This document shows positions 40,319-49,535 of a stretch of DNA of 64,000 nt, piece by piece. Position numbers and translations under genes: made by a program. How positions within the stretch are numbered: position 1 is the first letter of the stretch; each line of letters starts with the position of its first letter. The notes below the pieces were generated by a model. That model did not search any database. It saw only the letters and a list, made by a program, of their open reading frames with translations, and was not told where the DNA came from. The DNA comes from Promethearchaeota archaeon (lineage in GTDB: Archaea > Asgardarchaeota > Thorarchaeia > Thorarchaeales > Thorarchaeaceae). The DNA lies in NCBI GenBank assembly GCA_014728035.1, contig WJMJ01000079.1:64001-128000 (forward strand), read 5' to 3'.

Positions 40319-40325
40319 ACGAGTT

Positions 40326-41288
40326 TTACGGTGCCATTGTAATTTCAAGGGCATTAACTAGCTCCTTGTATCTGTTTCGTACAGTCACTTCGGTTACACC
40401 AGCACATGATGCTATCTCTCTTTGAGTGACCCTGTTGTCAACCAGAATTGATGCAATGTAAATGGCTGCTGCTGCGAGGCCTCGAGGGTCTCTCCCAGTG
40501 ATTAAGCCGTGTTGACTCTTTGCCATGTCTATGATTTCTACCGCCTTTGCCTGGACTTCTCCAGGAAGACCGAGTTCAGTGATAAATCGTGGAATGTAAT
40601 TGGTTGGTTCAGAGATTGGCATCTTGATTTTGAGCTTCATCACTAGCATACGATAGTGAGCACCCATTTTCTTTTTGGATACCCTGCTATGTTTAGCGAT
40701 CTCCTCGAGTGACCGCGGTGATTCGCGTAGTCTGCATGCAGCATATATTGCCGCTCCAACTGTTGCATCAATTGACCTGCTTTTAGCGAGTCTTTTGACG
40801 ATCAGTTTTCTGTAAAGCAAAGCTGCTAGCTCCTTGATGCTCTTGGTTAGACCAAGTTGTGATGCTAATCTGTCAAGCTCTGTCATTGCTTGAGCCAGGT
40901 TGCGATCCATTGAACTATGCACACGAGTTCGTATCTGCCACTTACGTAGTCTTGCTATTTGAGCACGTCTGCGAGATGAGAATTGTCTTCCTGACGAATC
41001 TCTATCACGCCAGTCAATCATTGTTGAGAGACCTTTGTCATGTATTGTATACGAACTTGGAGCTCCAGTTCTAGCACGGGAATCACGCTCTTCTGCTGTG
41101 AATGCTCGCCACTCTGGACCTGAGTCTATCCGATGATCGACCAGTACGAGTCCACAAGTAGCACAAATTGTCTCGCCTTTGGCACTGTCTAGAACCATAT
41201 CGGTTCCTCCACATTCCTGGCAAGTAATCTGCCCTGCGTTGTTTTCTTTGTGTGTTTCTTCCATTCTTGAATTGGTTTTGGTGGCCAT
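40326..41288 (-). CDS. tfb: transcription initiation factor IIB (paralog 2)
   Basis: Zn ribbon CQEC..CATC, GPEWRAF, HDKGLST, two cyclin repeats, TQREIA..GVTEVTVRNRYKEL. Confidence 0.95.
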   Translation of the reverse strand: MATKTNSRMEETHKENNAGQITCQECGGTDMVLDSAKGETICATCGLVLVDHRIDSGPEWRAFTAEERDSRARTGAPSSYTIHDKGLSTMIDWRDRDSSGRQFSSRRRAQIARLRKWQIRTRVHSSMDRNLAQAMTELDRLASQLGLTKSIKELAALLYRKLIVKRLAKSRSIDATVGAAIYAACRLRESPRSLEEIAKHSRVSKKKMGAHYRMLVMKLKIKMPISEPTNYIPRFITELGLPGEVQAKAVEIIDMAKSQHGLITGRDPRGLAAAAIYIASILVDNRVTQREIASCAGVTEVTVRNRYKELVNALEITMAP

Positions 41289-41378
41289 GTTTGTTGTTTC
41301 TCTCTCCTGCTAATAGAGCTCTTTCGAGATGTCCCATTTGGGTCGTTGTGAAAGAGCCTTTTGGGATTCCTATTCACC

Positions 41379-42332
41379 TTATGGTGCCATAGTAATACCC
41401 AATTTCTTGACTAGCTCCTTGTAGCGATTGCGCACTGTTACTTCAGTTACTCCAGCTGCCATAGCGATGTCACGTTGTGTGACACGATGATCCATAAGGA
41501 TAGATGCAATGTAAATGGCTGCTGCTGCGAGGCCTCGAGGGTCTCGACCGGTAACAAGACTGCGTTGTTCTTTTGCTTGTTCAAGGATTTCCAATACCTT
41601 TTGTTGAACAATACCTGGTAACTTCAGCTGAGTGATGAACCGGGGCACATAATTCGCCGGGTCAGATATTGGCATCTTTAGTTTCAGTTTCATTACGAGT
41701 AATCTGTAGTGTTGCCCAATCTTCTTCTTTGATACTCTGCTGTGGCGAGATATTTCCTCTAGAGATCTTGGAGCTTCTCTCAATCTGCATGCGGCGTATA
41801 TTGCGGCACCTACCATTGCGTCAATCGATCTGCTTCGAACTAGTCTTCTCACGATGAGTTTTCGATAGAGTAAAGCAGCTAGCTCTTTGATACTTCTATT
41901 CAGACCAAGCTGTGAAGTTAGTCTGTCGAGTTCGGACATAGCCTGCGCTAAGTTTCTATCAACAGAACTATGAACCCGTGTTCGAATCTGCCATTTTCGT
42001 AGCCGATATATTTCAGAACGTTTCTTAGCAGAGAATCGTCTACCTGACGAGTCGTGGTCACGCCAGTCAATCATTGTCGAGAGGCCTTTATCGTGGATTG
42101 CGTAATTCGTTGGTGCTCCTGTTCTTGATCGTGCATCGCGCTCGTCTGATGTGAATGCTCTCCACTCAGGACCTGTATCGATACGATGCTCTGAAATCAC
42201 TAGACCACAAGAGGAACATATTCGTTCTCCTTTTTCTAAATCCTGTACAACTTCGTTACCTCCACATTCTGGGCAGGTAAATCCACTGGATTTTTTGCGG
42301 TCTGTTCTTTTTGCTCGGTCGCTTCTTGACAT
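41379..42332 (-). CDS. tfb: transcription initiation factor IIB (paralog 1)
   Basis: CPEC..CSSC, GPEWRAF, HDKGLST, GVTEVTVRNRYKEL; GAGGTG RBS before ATG 42332. Confidence 0.95.
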   Translation of the reverse strand: MSRSDRAKRTDRKKSSGFTCPECGGNEVVQDLEKGERICSSCGLVISEHRIDTGPEWRAFTSDERDARSRTGAPTNYAIHDKGLSTMIDWRDHDSSGRRFSAKKRSEIYRLRKWQIRTRVHSSVDRNLAQAMSELDRLTSQLGLNRSIKELAALLYRKLIVRRLVRSRSIDAMVGAAIYAACRLREAPRSLEEISRHSRVSKKKIGQHYRLLVMKLKLKMPISDPANYVPRFITQLKLPGIVQQKVLEILEQAKEQRSLVTGRDPRGLAAAAIYIASILMDHRVTQRDIAMAAGVTEVTVRNRYKELVKKLGITMAP

Positions 42333-42477
42333 GTTGACACCTCTCATTATGACTGGTCCTTTCTAAATCTAATCAAATTAGACCGCGTTTCTCTCTCGAT
42401 AGAGTGGAAAAAACACTCAAAACGCTCATTAAAGGCCCCGTCAGATTCCGCTACACTTATATAGTTGAATGTTTTCC

Positions 42478-42493
42478 TTTATAAATCTTTCGG
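42478..42493 (-). promoter_or_regulatory. BRE-TATA promoter of the tfb pair
   Basis: minus-strand CCGAAAGA-TTTATAAA, a canonical archaeal BRE + TATA; implies a ~120-nt leader. Confidence 0.7.
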
Positions 42494-42599
42494 TATTATT
42501 TTAGAGTGTGGCATGATATCTAATCATTTTCTCCCCACAAAATGATAGGAAACATTTTGATTTAAAACTTACGGAATCTATTATAATGTACATCTGTGT

Positions 42600-43094
42600 T
42601 CATTGAGGATGGTTTTCTGCTTGTTGTTGACTACATTGTTCAGGAAACTTTCCTGATTCTTGGAACTCCTTGAAACAACTCAACCATTTTGGCATTCTTG
42701 GCCCCTCCCGCATGAACCTCAAAAATTCTGTCAGCACTTCTATTGTTTCAGTATGAGCAACATGTTCGATCTCACAAGCATCTAAGGTTGCAATATCATC
42801 ATTGATACCCAGTAGTTGGAAAAAATCATACAGAACTTGATAACGTTCTTGGATAGAAGATGCTACTCTATAACCATTCTTAGTAAGACGAACATCTTGG
42901 TAGGGCTTGTATCGTACTAAACCGAGGTTGTTCAATCTTCTAAGTGCTGTTGTTACGCTTGGGGCTTTGACATCAAGTGCCTCTGCAATGTCACTAACTG
43001 CAACAGTTCCTCTTTCAGATTCAATAGCGTATATGGTCTTGATATAGTCTTCAAGGGCTTTTGTAATTTTCACTGGATATCCCTCCCAATCCAT
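42600..43094 (-). CDS. DtxR/MntR-family metal-dependent repressor
   Basis: EDYIKTIY, SDIAEALDVKAPSVT, LT..G, DACEIEH. Confidence 0.92.
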   Translation of the reverse strand: MDWEGYPVKITKALEDYIKTIYAIESERGTVAVSDIAEALDVKAPSVTTALRRLNNLGLVRYKPYQDVRLTKNGYRVASSIQERYQVLYDFFQLLGINDDIATLDACEIEHVAHTETIEVLTEFLRFMREGPRMPKWLSCFKEFQESGKFPEQCSQQQAENHPQ

Positions 43095-43345
43095 CTCATA
43101 CCCTTTTCAGTTACTATAAATGTCGTGACCGGAGAAGAACTCATTCCACAGTGTGTACTGTGTGAACATGAAGCACAAGATTGAGCCTGTCTATCATCAC
43201 ATGTATTTGTCTTGAGATAGCCATTTCTAATGAGCATCTGAATCATATCATTCAAGGTTCCAATTTGGATACCGAGATCATGTGCAATATCTTGGGTATT
43301 AGTTATTTTTCCTTCAATAATTAATTTGATTACTTCTTTCAACAC
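43070..43345 (-). CDS. feoC: FeoC-like wHTH protein with Cys cluster
   Basis: QDIAHDLGI...LIRNGYL + C-x7-CxxC-x5-C; lies in the feo operon; start GTG 43345 after GGAGG. Confidence 0.7.
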   Translation of the reverse strand: MLKEVIKLIIEGKITNTQDIAHDLGIQIGTLNDMIQMLIRNGYLKTNTCDDRQAQSCASCSHSTHCGMSSSPVTTFIVTEKGMRWIGRDIQ

Positions 43346-43346
43346 T

Positions 43347-43793
43347 TTAGATGCCCTCCTTTTTGAAACTCTTTTCAAGTGGATCTTTGAATTTGGTGTA
43401 TAATAACAATAGAACGGTTAAGGGGAATAACCATATTGCTGGTGATATATCGTTTGCGAGAGACCAATTAATCCAGTCTTCCAGTTGTAAATACCAGCCC
43501 AAAAGGTTAGTACCGATTACAATCATTTGAAGTAGGAAAAGGAGAGTTGCAAGAATTCCGCCTACAATTACAAATGCGTATCCTTCCATAGACTTCTTCT
43601 GAAGCGGTTTGATACCCCCAATAAAAACAAATCCGACTATAACGAGCAATAAACCTTGGATTGGATCCATTGGAAAGCCGAAGATTGTATTCTGAGTCAC
43701 AAAGAGAGATGTGTGAATAATCCCTACTCCAATATAGACTAATCCTGTTAGTGCTGTTAATACAACTAGCAGCTGAACTTTTACGCTATCCAA
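43347..43793 (-). CDS. 4-TM membrane protein in the feo operon
   Basis: hydrophobic; overlaps feoB-C. Confidence 0.75.
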   Translation of the reverse strand: MDSVKVQLLVVLTALTGLVYIGVGIIHTSLFVTQNTIFGFPMDPIQGLLLVIVGFVFIGGIKPLQKKSMEGYAFVIVGGILATLLFLLQMIVIGTNLLGWYLQLEDWINWSLANDISPAIWLFPLTVLLLLYTKFKDPLEKSFKKEGI

Positions 43794-45105
43794 ACAGAAT
43801 CCCTCCTAATGATATAATGAGCCCAGCCATAAGATAGGCTACAATCATTTGATATGAAACTGCTAGCAATGTCCATTTCCAAGATTCAGTTTCCTTACGG
43901 ATAGCTCCAATCGTAGCGATACATGGCACATATAATAGTACAAACACCATCAGTGCAAAAGCTGTAATCGGAGAAATACTAGCTAATAATGAAGCGGCTA
44001 TTGCGGTGTCACTCTGAACTGAATATATAATTGCCAAAGATTGAACAACAGCTTCCTTTGCCATTAAACCAAATATCAACGCTACTACAATGCGCCAGTC
44101 AAATCCTAGTGGTGCAAATAGTGGCTGAATGAATTGGCCGATTATGCTGATGAATGATTCTTGAACTGGCACTCCAAATCCATTTGGCCCGAATGAAGAA
44201 AGCATCCAAATCACAACACTTCCAGCAAGAAGGTATGTTCCAGCTTGTCTTAGAAAGAGAACTCCGCGTTCCCACATATGATGAATGGCACCGTGAACGG
44301 TGGGAATTTGGTACATGGATAATTCCATTAGCAGAGGTGAGGATTCCTCTCTGAAGAGTGTCTTTTTGAAAATTGTCGCCATTACAACGGCCATAATTAT
44401 TCCAAGTATATACATGAAGAATACTACTGTACCCGCGATAGTTGGAAAGAATATTCCAGCAATCAAAACATAAAGTGGTAGTCTTCCTGCGCATGACATC
44501 AGAGGGCTTACTAAAATCGTTGTGAAACGATTTGCTTTTCCGTCTACTGTCCTTGCAGCCATAACTGCCGCAACACTGCAACCGAATCCAAGTAGAAGTG
44601 GTATGAATGACCTACCATGAAGTCCCATTTTAACCATGACCCGGTCCATTACGAAAGCTGCTCTTGCTAGATATCCTGTATCTTCTAATATTGAGATTGC
44701 CAGGTAAAGAAAGAATACTGGAGGTACAAATGAAAGGATGAATCCCACACCTGCAATTAAGCCATTACTGAGTAATGATGCTAACCACGGTATAGGTATC
44801 TGGGAAGCATATCCTCCTACCCAATCAAAGAAATTCTGTATAATTACCATAAACACTACTGAAGCTTGAAACGTAAAATGAAACATTGACCACATGATAA
44901 CAAGAAATATTGGGATTCCAAGGTATTTATGGAGAAAAACTTTGTCCAACATATCACTTAGTGTCCATTTACCTTCTCCTGGTTGATATGTTTCACATAA
45001 GATATCCCCAATAATCCTGTATCTTTCATCTGCCAAGATTATTTGATTATCCGAATCATCAATGAATTCTTCTTCAAGTTGTATCGTCTGATCGGAACCA
45101 CTCAT
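43786..45105 (-). CDS. feoB: ferrous iron transporter FeoB, membrane domain (split gene)
   Basis: LDKVFLHKYLGIPIF, LEDTGYLARAAF.MD, GFGCSV, MSCAGRLP, LYVPCIAT. Confidence 0.92.
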   Translation of the reverse strand: MSGSDQTIQLEEEFIDDSDNQIILADERYRIIGDILCETYQPGEGKWTLSDMLDKVFLHKYLGIPIFLVIMWSMFHFTFQASVVFMVIIQNFFDWVGGYASQIPIPWLASLLSNGLIAGVGFILSFVPPVFFLYLAISILEDTGYLARAAFVMDRVMVKMGLHGRSFIPLLLGFGCSVAAVMAARTVDGKANRFTTILVSPLMSCAGRLPLYVLIAGIFFPTIAGTVVFFMYILGIIMAVVMATIFKKTLFREESSPLLMELSMYQIPTVHGAIHHMWERGVLFLRQAGTYLLAGSVVIWMLSSFGPNGFGVPVQESFISIIGQFIQPLFAPLGFDWRIVVALIFGLMAKEAVVQSLAIIYSVQSDTAIAASLLASISPITAFALMVFVLLYVPCIATIGAIRKETESWKWTLLAVSYQMIVAYLMAGLIISLGGILFG

Positions 45106-45911
45106 AGCACCACCTCAAGAAGGCGATTCTTTAGTGCAGGGTCTTGAATCATAGAAAGAATATCTGGATCTCGTTCGAGAATTCTTAAGGCGAGCCACCT
45201 TGGTGGGAATCTATCTAAAATACTCCTTTCTTCTTCCTCCAACATCGCAACTATTCTTTTGAGTTGTCTTTCTATCGATCGGTCATATTTGATTGCAGGT
45301 GGTCTAAGGCGTTCATATTCTCCATGATGATGGAATCGAGGATGGTAATGTAAGTGGTCATCGGGCTCATCCTCTCCCGGCGGATGCATAATTCCAGACC
45401 CGTCACGTTCTAAAACTTCCACAGGAACTGCTCGAAGAATTTCTTCCTTGAGCTCTTCCATTCCTTTCTTTTTTGTAGCAGTGGTTGATACAATTGGAGC
45501 TCTTAGGATTTCGGAGAGTTTATCTGTGTCAATTCTATCTCCTTTTGCTCTCACCACATCTTGCATGTTTAATACAATAATCAGGTTCAGTTGATACTCT
45601 ATCAATAATAATGTGAGATACAAGTTTCTTTCAAGCTGCCCCGCATTTACAATATCCACCACTATATCTGGTCTGTGGTCTATTAGATACTCTCGTGCCA
45701 CACGTTCATCATCTGAAAGTGCATTTAGGCTATACACTCCGGGAAGGTCAACAACCTCGAACTCATATCCTTTGTAAGTATAATATCCTTCTTTTTTCTC
45801 AACCGTCTTTCCCGGCCAATTTCCTGTGTGCTGTCTTGAACCAGTTAAGTTATTGAAAATTACAGACTTCCCAACATTAGGATTGCCAATAAGTGCCACT
45901 TTAATTTTCAA
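45102..45911 (-). CDS. feoB: FeoB N-terminal GTPase domain (split gene) with His-rich insert
   Basis: GNPNVGKS, GNWPGKTVE, DLPG.YSL, LNMQD. Confidence 0.92.
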   Translation of the reverse strand: MKIKVALIGNPNVGKSVIFNNLTGSRQHTGNWPGKTVEKKEGYYTYKGYEFEVVDLPGVYSLNALSDDERVAREYLIDHRPDIVVDIVNAGQLERNLYLTLLLIEYQLNLIIVLNMQDVVRAKGDRIDTDKLSEILRAPIVSTTATKKKGMEELKEEILRAVPVEVLERDGSGIMHPPGEDEPDDHLHYHPRFHHHGEYERLRPPAIKYDRSIERQLKRIVAMLEEEERSILDRFPPRWLALRILERDPDILSMIQDPALKNRLLEVVL

Positions 45912-45917
45912 GAATCT

Positions 45918-46283
45918 TCACCCCACTTCCTTCACTAATAGACGCCTTGCAAGTCTTTGACCTAGTGCAATACGTGTTCCTCTAACTTCCACCAAGACTG
46001 GGCCTCTCGATCCTCCACTTATTACTTCAAATGAACATCCCTTGGTTAGTCCCAAATCAAGTAACCTCTGCATCATTTGACGGTCTTCTTGATCCAGATT
46101 GCTTTTGTGAGGACAATCTTTTTCTCTATGATGTTTTCTACCAATTCTTCTTTTTCTGCGATGATGACGAAATGGATGTCTTCTTCCTGGCCGATTCATT
46201 ATACCCACTAACTGACATTTTTTTCCAGCTTGAATTTGACTTAATGGTGTACTTTGTGGTTTTGTTGTCCCTTTTTGATCCAT
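45918..46283 (-). CDS. feoA: FeoA with His/Arg-rich insertion
   Basis: PLSQ...G, RLLDLGLTKG, GPVLVEVRGTRIALG. Confidence 0.9.
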   Translation of the reverse strand: MDQKGTTKPQSTPLSQIQAGKKCQLVGIMNRPGRRHPFRHHRRKRRIGRKHHREKDCPHKSNLDQEDRQMMQRLLDLGLTKGCSFEVISGGSRGPVLVEVRGTRIALGQRLARRLLVKEVG

Positions 46284-46327
46284 CTCGAGACCTCCCTTTT
46301 TGGACTTGCGTGTGACTGACGCAAAAA

Positions 46328-46370
46328 GTTAGTCTTGTCTAACATTTGTTAGCTTTGTCTAACTTATAAG
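46328..46370 (-). promoter_or_regulatory. two tandem DtxR-type operators immediately downstream of a TATA box
   Basis: GTTAGTCTTGTCTAAC (46328-46343) and GTTAGCTTTGTCTAAC (46348-46363), both TTAG-N6-CTAA palindromes; CTTATAAG at 46363-46370. Confidence 0.75.
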
Positions 46371-46500
46371 ACTTGTTGCTTAGGCCAAGACCTTGATGCA
46401 GTACTGAATGTGAATTTAGGTGAGGTAGTCGTCATCTCATAAACAGACCAAACCGCAATTGTTACATATTCCCTGTTGTTCTGTTAAGGTAGGGAAAAGA

Positions 46501-47898
46501 ATGTCATACCATAAAACACCACTAAAGTATGGCAGTGTAGAGATTGATGAGTTCATTCCATCAAGCCTCACTGATGTAACCGTTTTGAAAATTGGTGAAT
46601 TCAAGCCAGACTTCAATGATTTCATTACAAAGCTGAACGAAGTCTTGGATAATCCAATTGACTCGAAGCCTTTTGACGAATTAGTCGCTGAAGTATACGA
46701 AAAAGGCAATACAATAATGATTATTGTAGACGATAACACTAGGCCAAATGTCCACACCCGAGCAATAATCCCTGTTTTGATGGAACGCCTTCTCTCGCTC
46801 GGTGTTGAAAAGGACGATATCAAAATCATTGTTGCGAGTGGTTCTCATAAACCTCCAACACAAGACCAGATTCGTTCAAAGATTCTTGGTGATGATATCT
46901 ACAATCGTTGGAAAGATAATGTGTTGATCCATAGTTGCGATGAAGGAAATCTTGAGTTCGGAAAAACCAAAATGGGTACTCCTATTCACATTGACAAACG
47001 CGTGCTCGATGCAAGTTTGGTTATTCCCCTTAGTGATAGTGAATATCATTATTTTGCAGGACAAGCTGGCACCGTGAAATTATTTTGTCCTGGTGTGGCA
47101 GGTAGAGAAACTATACGTGTAAACCATCCTAGAATGTTTGACCTTGAAAAGGGGTTTGTTGAGGGCTGTAGACTTGGGAATACAGATGGAAATCCTGTCA
47201 TTCAGGACATGATTGAGATTGCTTCTCTAGTAAAAGAAGAACTACCTATGTTCTGCATTGACACAATCGTACACCATGGGGATATCGTCTACGTTCAGGC
47301 TGGAGACCTCATCTCCTGTCATGAAGCAGCTACAGAACCACTCAGAGAACTGCGTGTCGTTGATGTCGAAGAACCAGGTGACTTAGTATTCGTATCAGTT
47401 GGTGAATTAGGACTCAATCTATATCAAGCAGGAAAGGGAGTACATGCAGCTTGGAATGCGGTTCGTCATGACTTGAAAGGATGGATTGTCTTACTTGCTC
47501 CCTGTGAAGATGGAATTGGTAGTGCAGCTTACGCTGAGGCTATGGAAGCTGCAAAGGATATGATGGTGCGAGATGCCCTCCGATTTGTAATTAAGACATA
47601 TGGTTCTGAGGAAGCCTTCAAAATTGGTAATCAAAAACCCCCAGACCTATTCAGAATTCTACTTGATGTGGCAGAGAAGAATATCAAAGTTGTCACTCAA
47701 CTCAGTCCGGAAGAACTTGAGATCTATAGAATGGAGGCATGCAATCCTAATTCTCCTGATGATAGCCAACGAGTTCTTAGAGAATTAGTCCAGCGATATA
47801 TCGAAGAATCGGGAATTTCTGATCCAAAAATCTATGTTCTTGACGACCCGGGTCTTCTAATTAATGTCGAGAAACAAAAAGAGATAATAAACGTGTAA
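46501..47898 (+). CDS. LarA-family (nickel-pincer) racemase/epimerase
   Basis: DDNTRP, A.GSH, HYFAGQAGTVK, PGVAG.ETI..NH, YQAGKG, APCEDGIG. Confidence 0.85.
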   Translation: MSYHKTPLKYGSVEIDEFIPSSLTDVTVLKIGEFKPDFNDFITKLNEVLDNPIDSKPFDELVAEVYEKGNTIMIIVDDNTRPNVHTRAIIPVLMERLLSLGVEKDDIKIIVASGSHKPPTQDQIRSKILGDDIYNRWKDNVLIHSCDEGNLEFGKTKMGTPIHIDKRVLDASLVIPLSDSEYHYFAGQAGTVKLFCPGVAGRETIRVNHPRMFDLEKGFVEGCRLGNTDGNPVIQDMIEIASLVKEELPMFCIDTIVHHGDIVYVQAGDLISCHEAATEPLRELRVVDVEEPGDLVFVSVGELGLNLYQAGKGVHAAWNAVRHDLKGWIVLLAPCEDGIGSAAYAEAMEAAKDMMVRDALRFVIKTYGSEEAFKIGNQKPPDLFRILLDVAEKNIKVVTQLSPEELEIYRMEACNPNSPDDSQRVLRELVQRYIEESGISDPKIYVLDDPGLLINVEKQKEIINV

Positions 47899-47923
47899 GT
47901 GGGCTATTACCCACCTACCTCTC

Positions 47924-49360
47924 TTATTTTATTTTCCATGTTGGTCCATCTTTTGTATCGTTAATTGTGACACCAAGCTCACCAAGTTGGTCTCGTATCA
48001 TATCTGCAGTATCCCAATCTTTGGATTCTCTAGCTTTTTCACGTAATTCGAGAAGCAACTCGATTGTCCCTTTTAATAGCTCCTTTGACTCGGATTTGTC
48101 AGCACCAGTACTCGTTTCACTGAGATCAATTCCTAGAATGTTTACTAGTGAAATCATTGTTGCAAGAGCTTTTCGAACCACAACAGGTTTGCTTATCTTT
48201 GAGGTGTGGGTATTGACCACCTTAATGAACGTGAAAAGTTCAGCCAGAGCTCCTGGTGTGTTGAAATCATCGTTCATCTCTCGTTCAAATCCCTCTCTAA
48301 GTGTATCTATTGCTTCTGACAGAATTGAGTCCGATTCGGTAGAATCCACCTGCCCTCTCTCCAAAATCAAAAGACGGCCGCGGAGTGTATCTACAGCATT
48401 CCTAATCCTCTCAACGGTTTGAGTCGCCTGATTCAAGGCATCTGTATTATAGTCAAGTGGTTGGCGATAATGTCCTGATACTAGGAATAGACGGACAGCT
48501 TGATGGTCGAAATTATCCAGAACCTCTCGAGCTGTGAAGAAGTTTCCCTCGGACTTGGACATTTTATCTTTATCAATTGTAAGAAATCCATTGTGTAACC
48601 AATATTTTACCGGGGTTTCTACACCGTATGCTCCTGCACTTTGAGCTATCTCGTTCTCATGATGAGGAAAGATCAGGTCTTGTCCACCTCCGTGTATGTC
48701 AAATGGAACTCCTAGGAAATGCTTTCCCATGGCTGAACATTCAGCATGCCACCCTGGCCTACCTTTTCCCCATGGGCTTTCCCAAGATGGTTCTCCTGGC
48801 TTCTCAGCTTTCCAAAGTGCAAAGTCTCGTGGATCTTGTTTCTTTGAATCCACCTCAACACGAGCACCAGATGAGAGCTCGTCTGGAGATATCCCTGAAA
48901 GAATTCCATAACTCTCATACTCGCTGACATCAAAGTAGACATCACCATGTACTGCATATCCAAGTCCATTCTTGATGATCAGTTCAGTCATCTCAATCAT
49001 ATCATCGATATGTTCAGTAGCACGAGGATTGATGGTAGCAGGTTTCAGGTTTAATTCATTTGCTATCTTTCGGTATTCGGTGATGAATTTTGCAGCCAAC
49101 TCGGGAACAGATATTCCCTCGCGATTTGCTCTGTCTATCATTTTGTCATCTACATCCGTGAAGTTTGTAATGTAGGTGACTCTATAACCTGAATATTCTA
49201 GATAACGTCGTATTGTATCAAATACCGCAAATGACCTTGCATTACCAATATGCGGATAATCATACACTGTTGGGCCACACACGTACATTCTTACATGATT
49301 TCCTTCCAGTGGCTCGAATTCTTCTTTCGATCTTGACAGTGTGTTGTATACCTTGAGCAT
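47924..49360 (-). CDS. cysS: cysteine--tRNA ligase
   Basis: YVCGPTVYD..HIGNAR, GRPGWHAECSAM, FPHHENE, KMSKS; start ATG 49360. Confidence 0.97.
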   Translation of the reverse strand: MLKVYNTLSRSKEEFEPLEGNHVRMYVCGPTVYDYPHIGNARSFAVFDTIRRYLEYSGYRVTYITNFTDVDDKMIDRANREGISVPELAAKFITEYRKIANELNLKPATINPRATEHIDDMIEMTELIIKNGLGYAVHGDVYFDVSEYESYGILSGISPDELSSGARVEVDSKKQDPRDFALWKAEKPGEPSWESPWGKGRPGWHAECSAMGKHFLGVPFDIHGGGQDLIFPHHENEIAQSAGAYGVETPVKYWLHNGFLTIDKDKMSKSEGNFFTAREVLDNFDHQAVRLFLVSGHYRQPLDYNTDALNQATQTVERIRNAVDTLRGRLLILERGQVDSTESDSILSEAIDTLREGFEREMNDDFNTPGALAELFTFIKVVNTHTSKISKPVVVRKALATMISLVNILGIDLSETSTGADKSESKELLKGTIELLLELREKARESKDWDTADMIRDQLGELGVTINDTKDGPTWKIK

Positions 49361-49535
49361 ATCATCTACCCATGTCCTCACAGGATTCTGTGCATAAAAA
49401 GGACTCTGCAAATATTGCCTTGATTACTACTGTTTCCGGATTATTATTAGATAAATATTAAACCATATATACTAAAACAATATACTTTATATACGTATTA
49501 TGTATATGTTTTTATTGTAACAAATAGGTGATATT

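Noticed and set aside
45102-45105. feoB split as a sequencing frameshift
   Set aside because: A clean ATGA overlap with its own RBS favours a real split, although this is not proven
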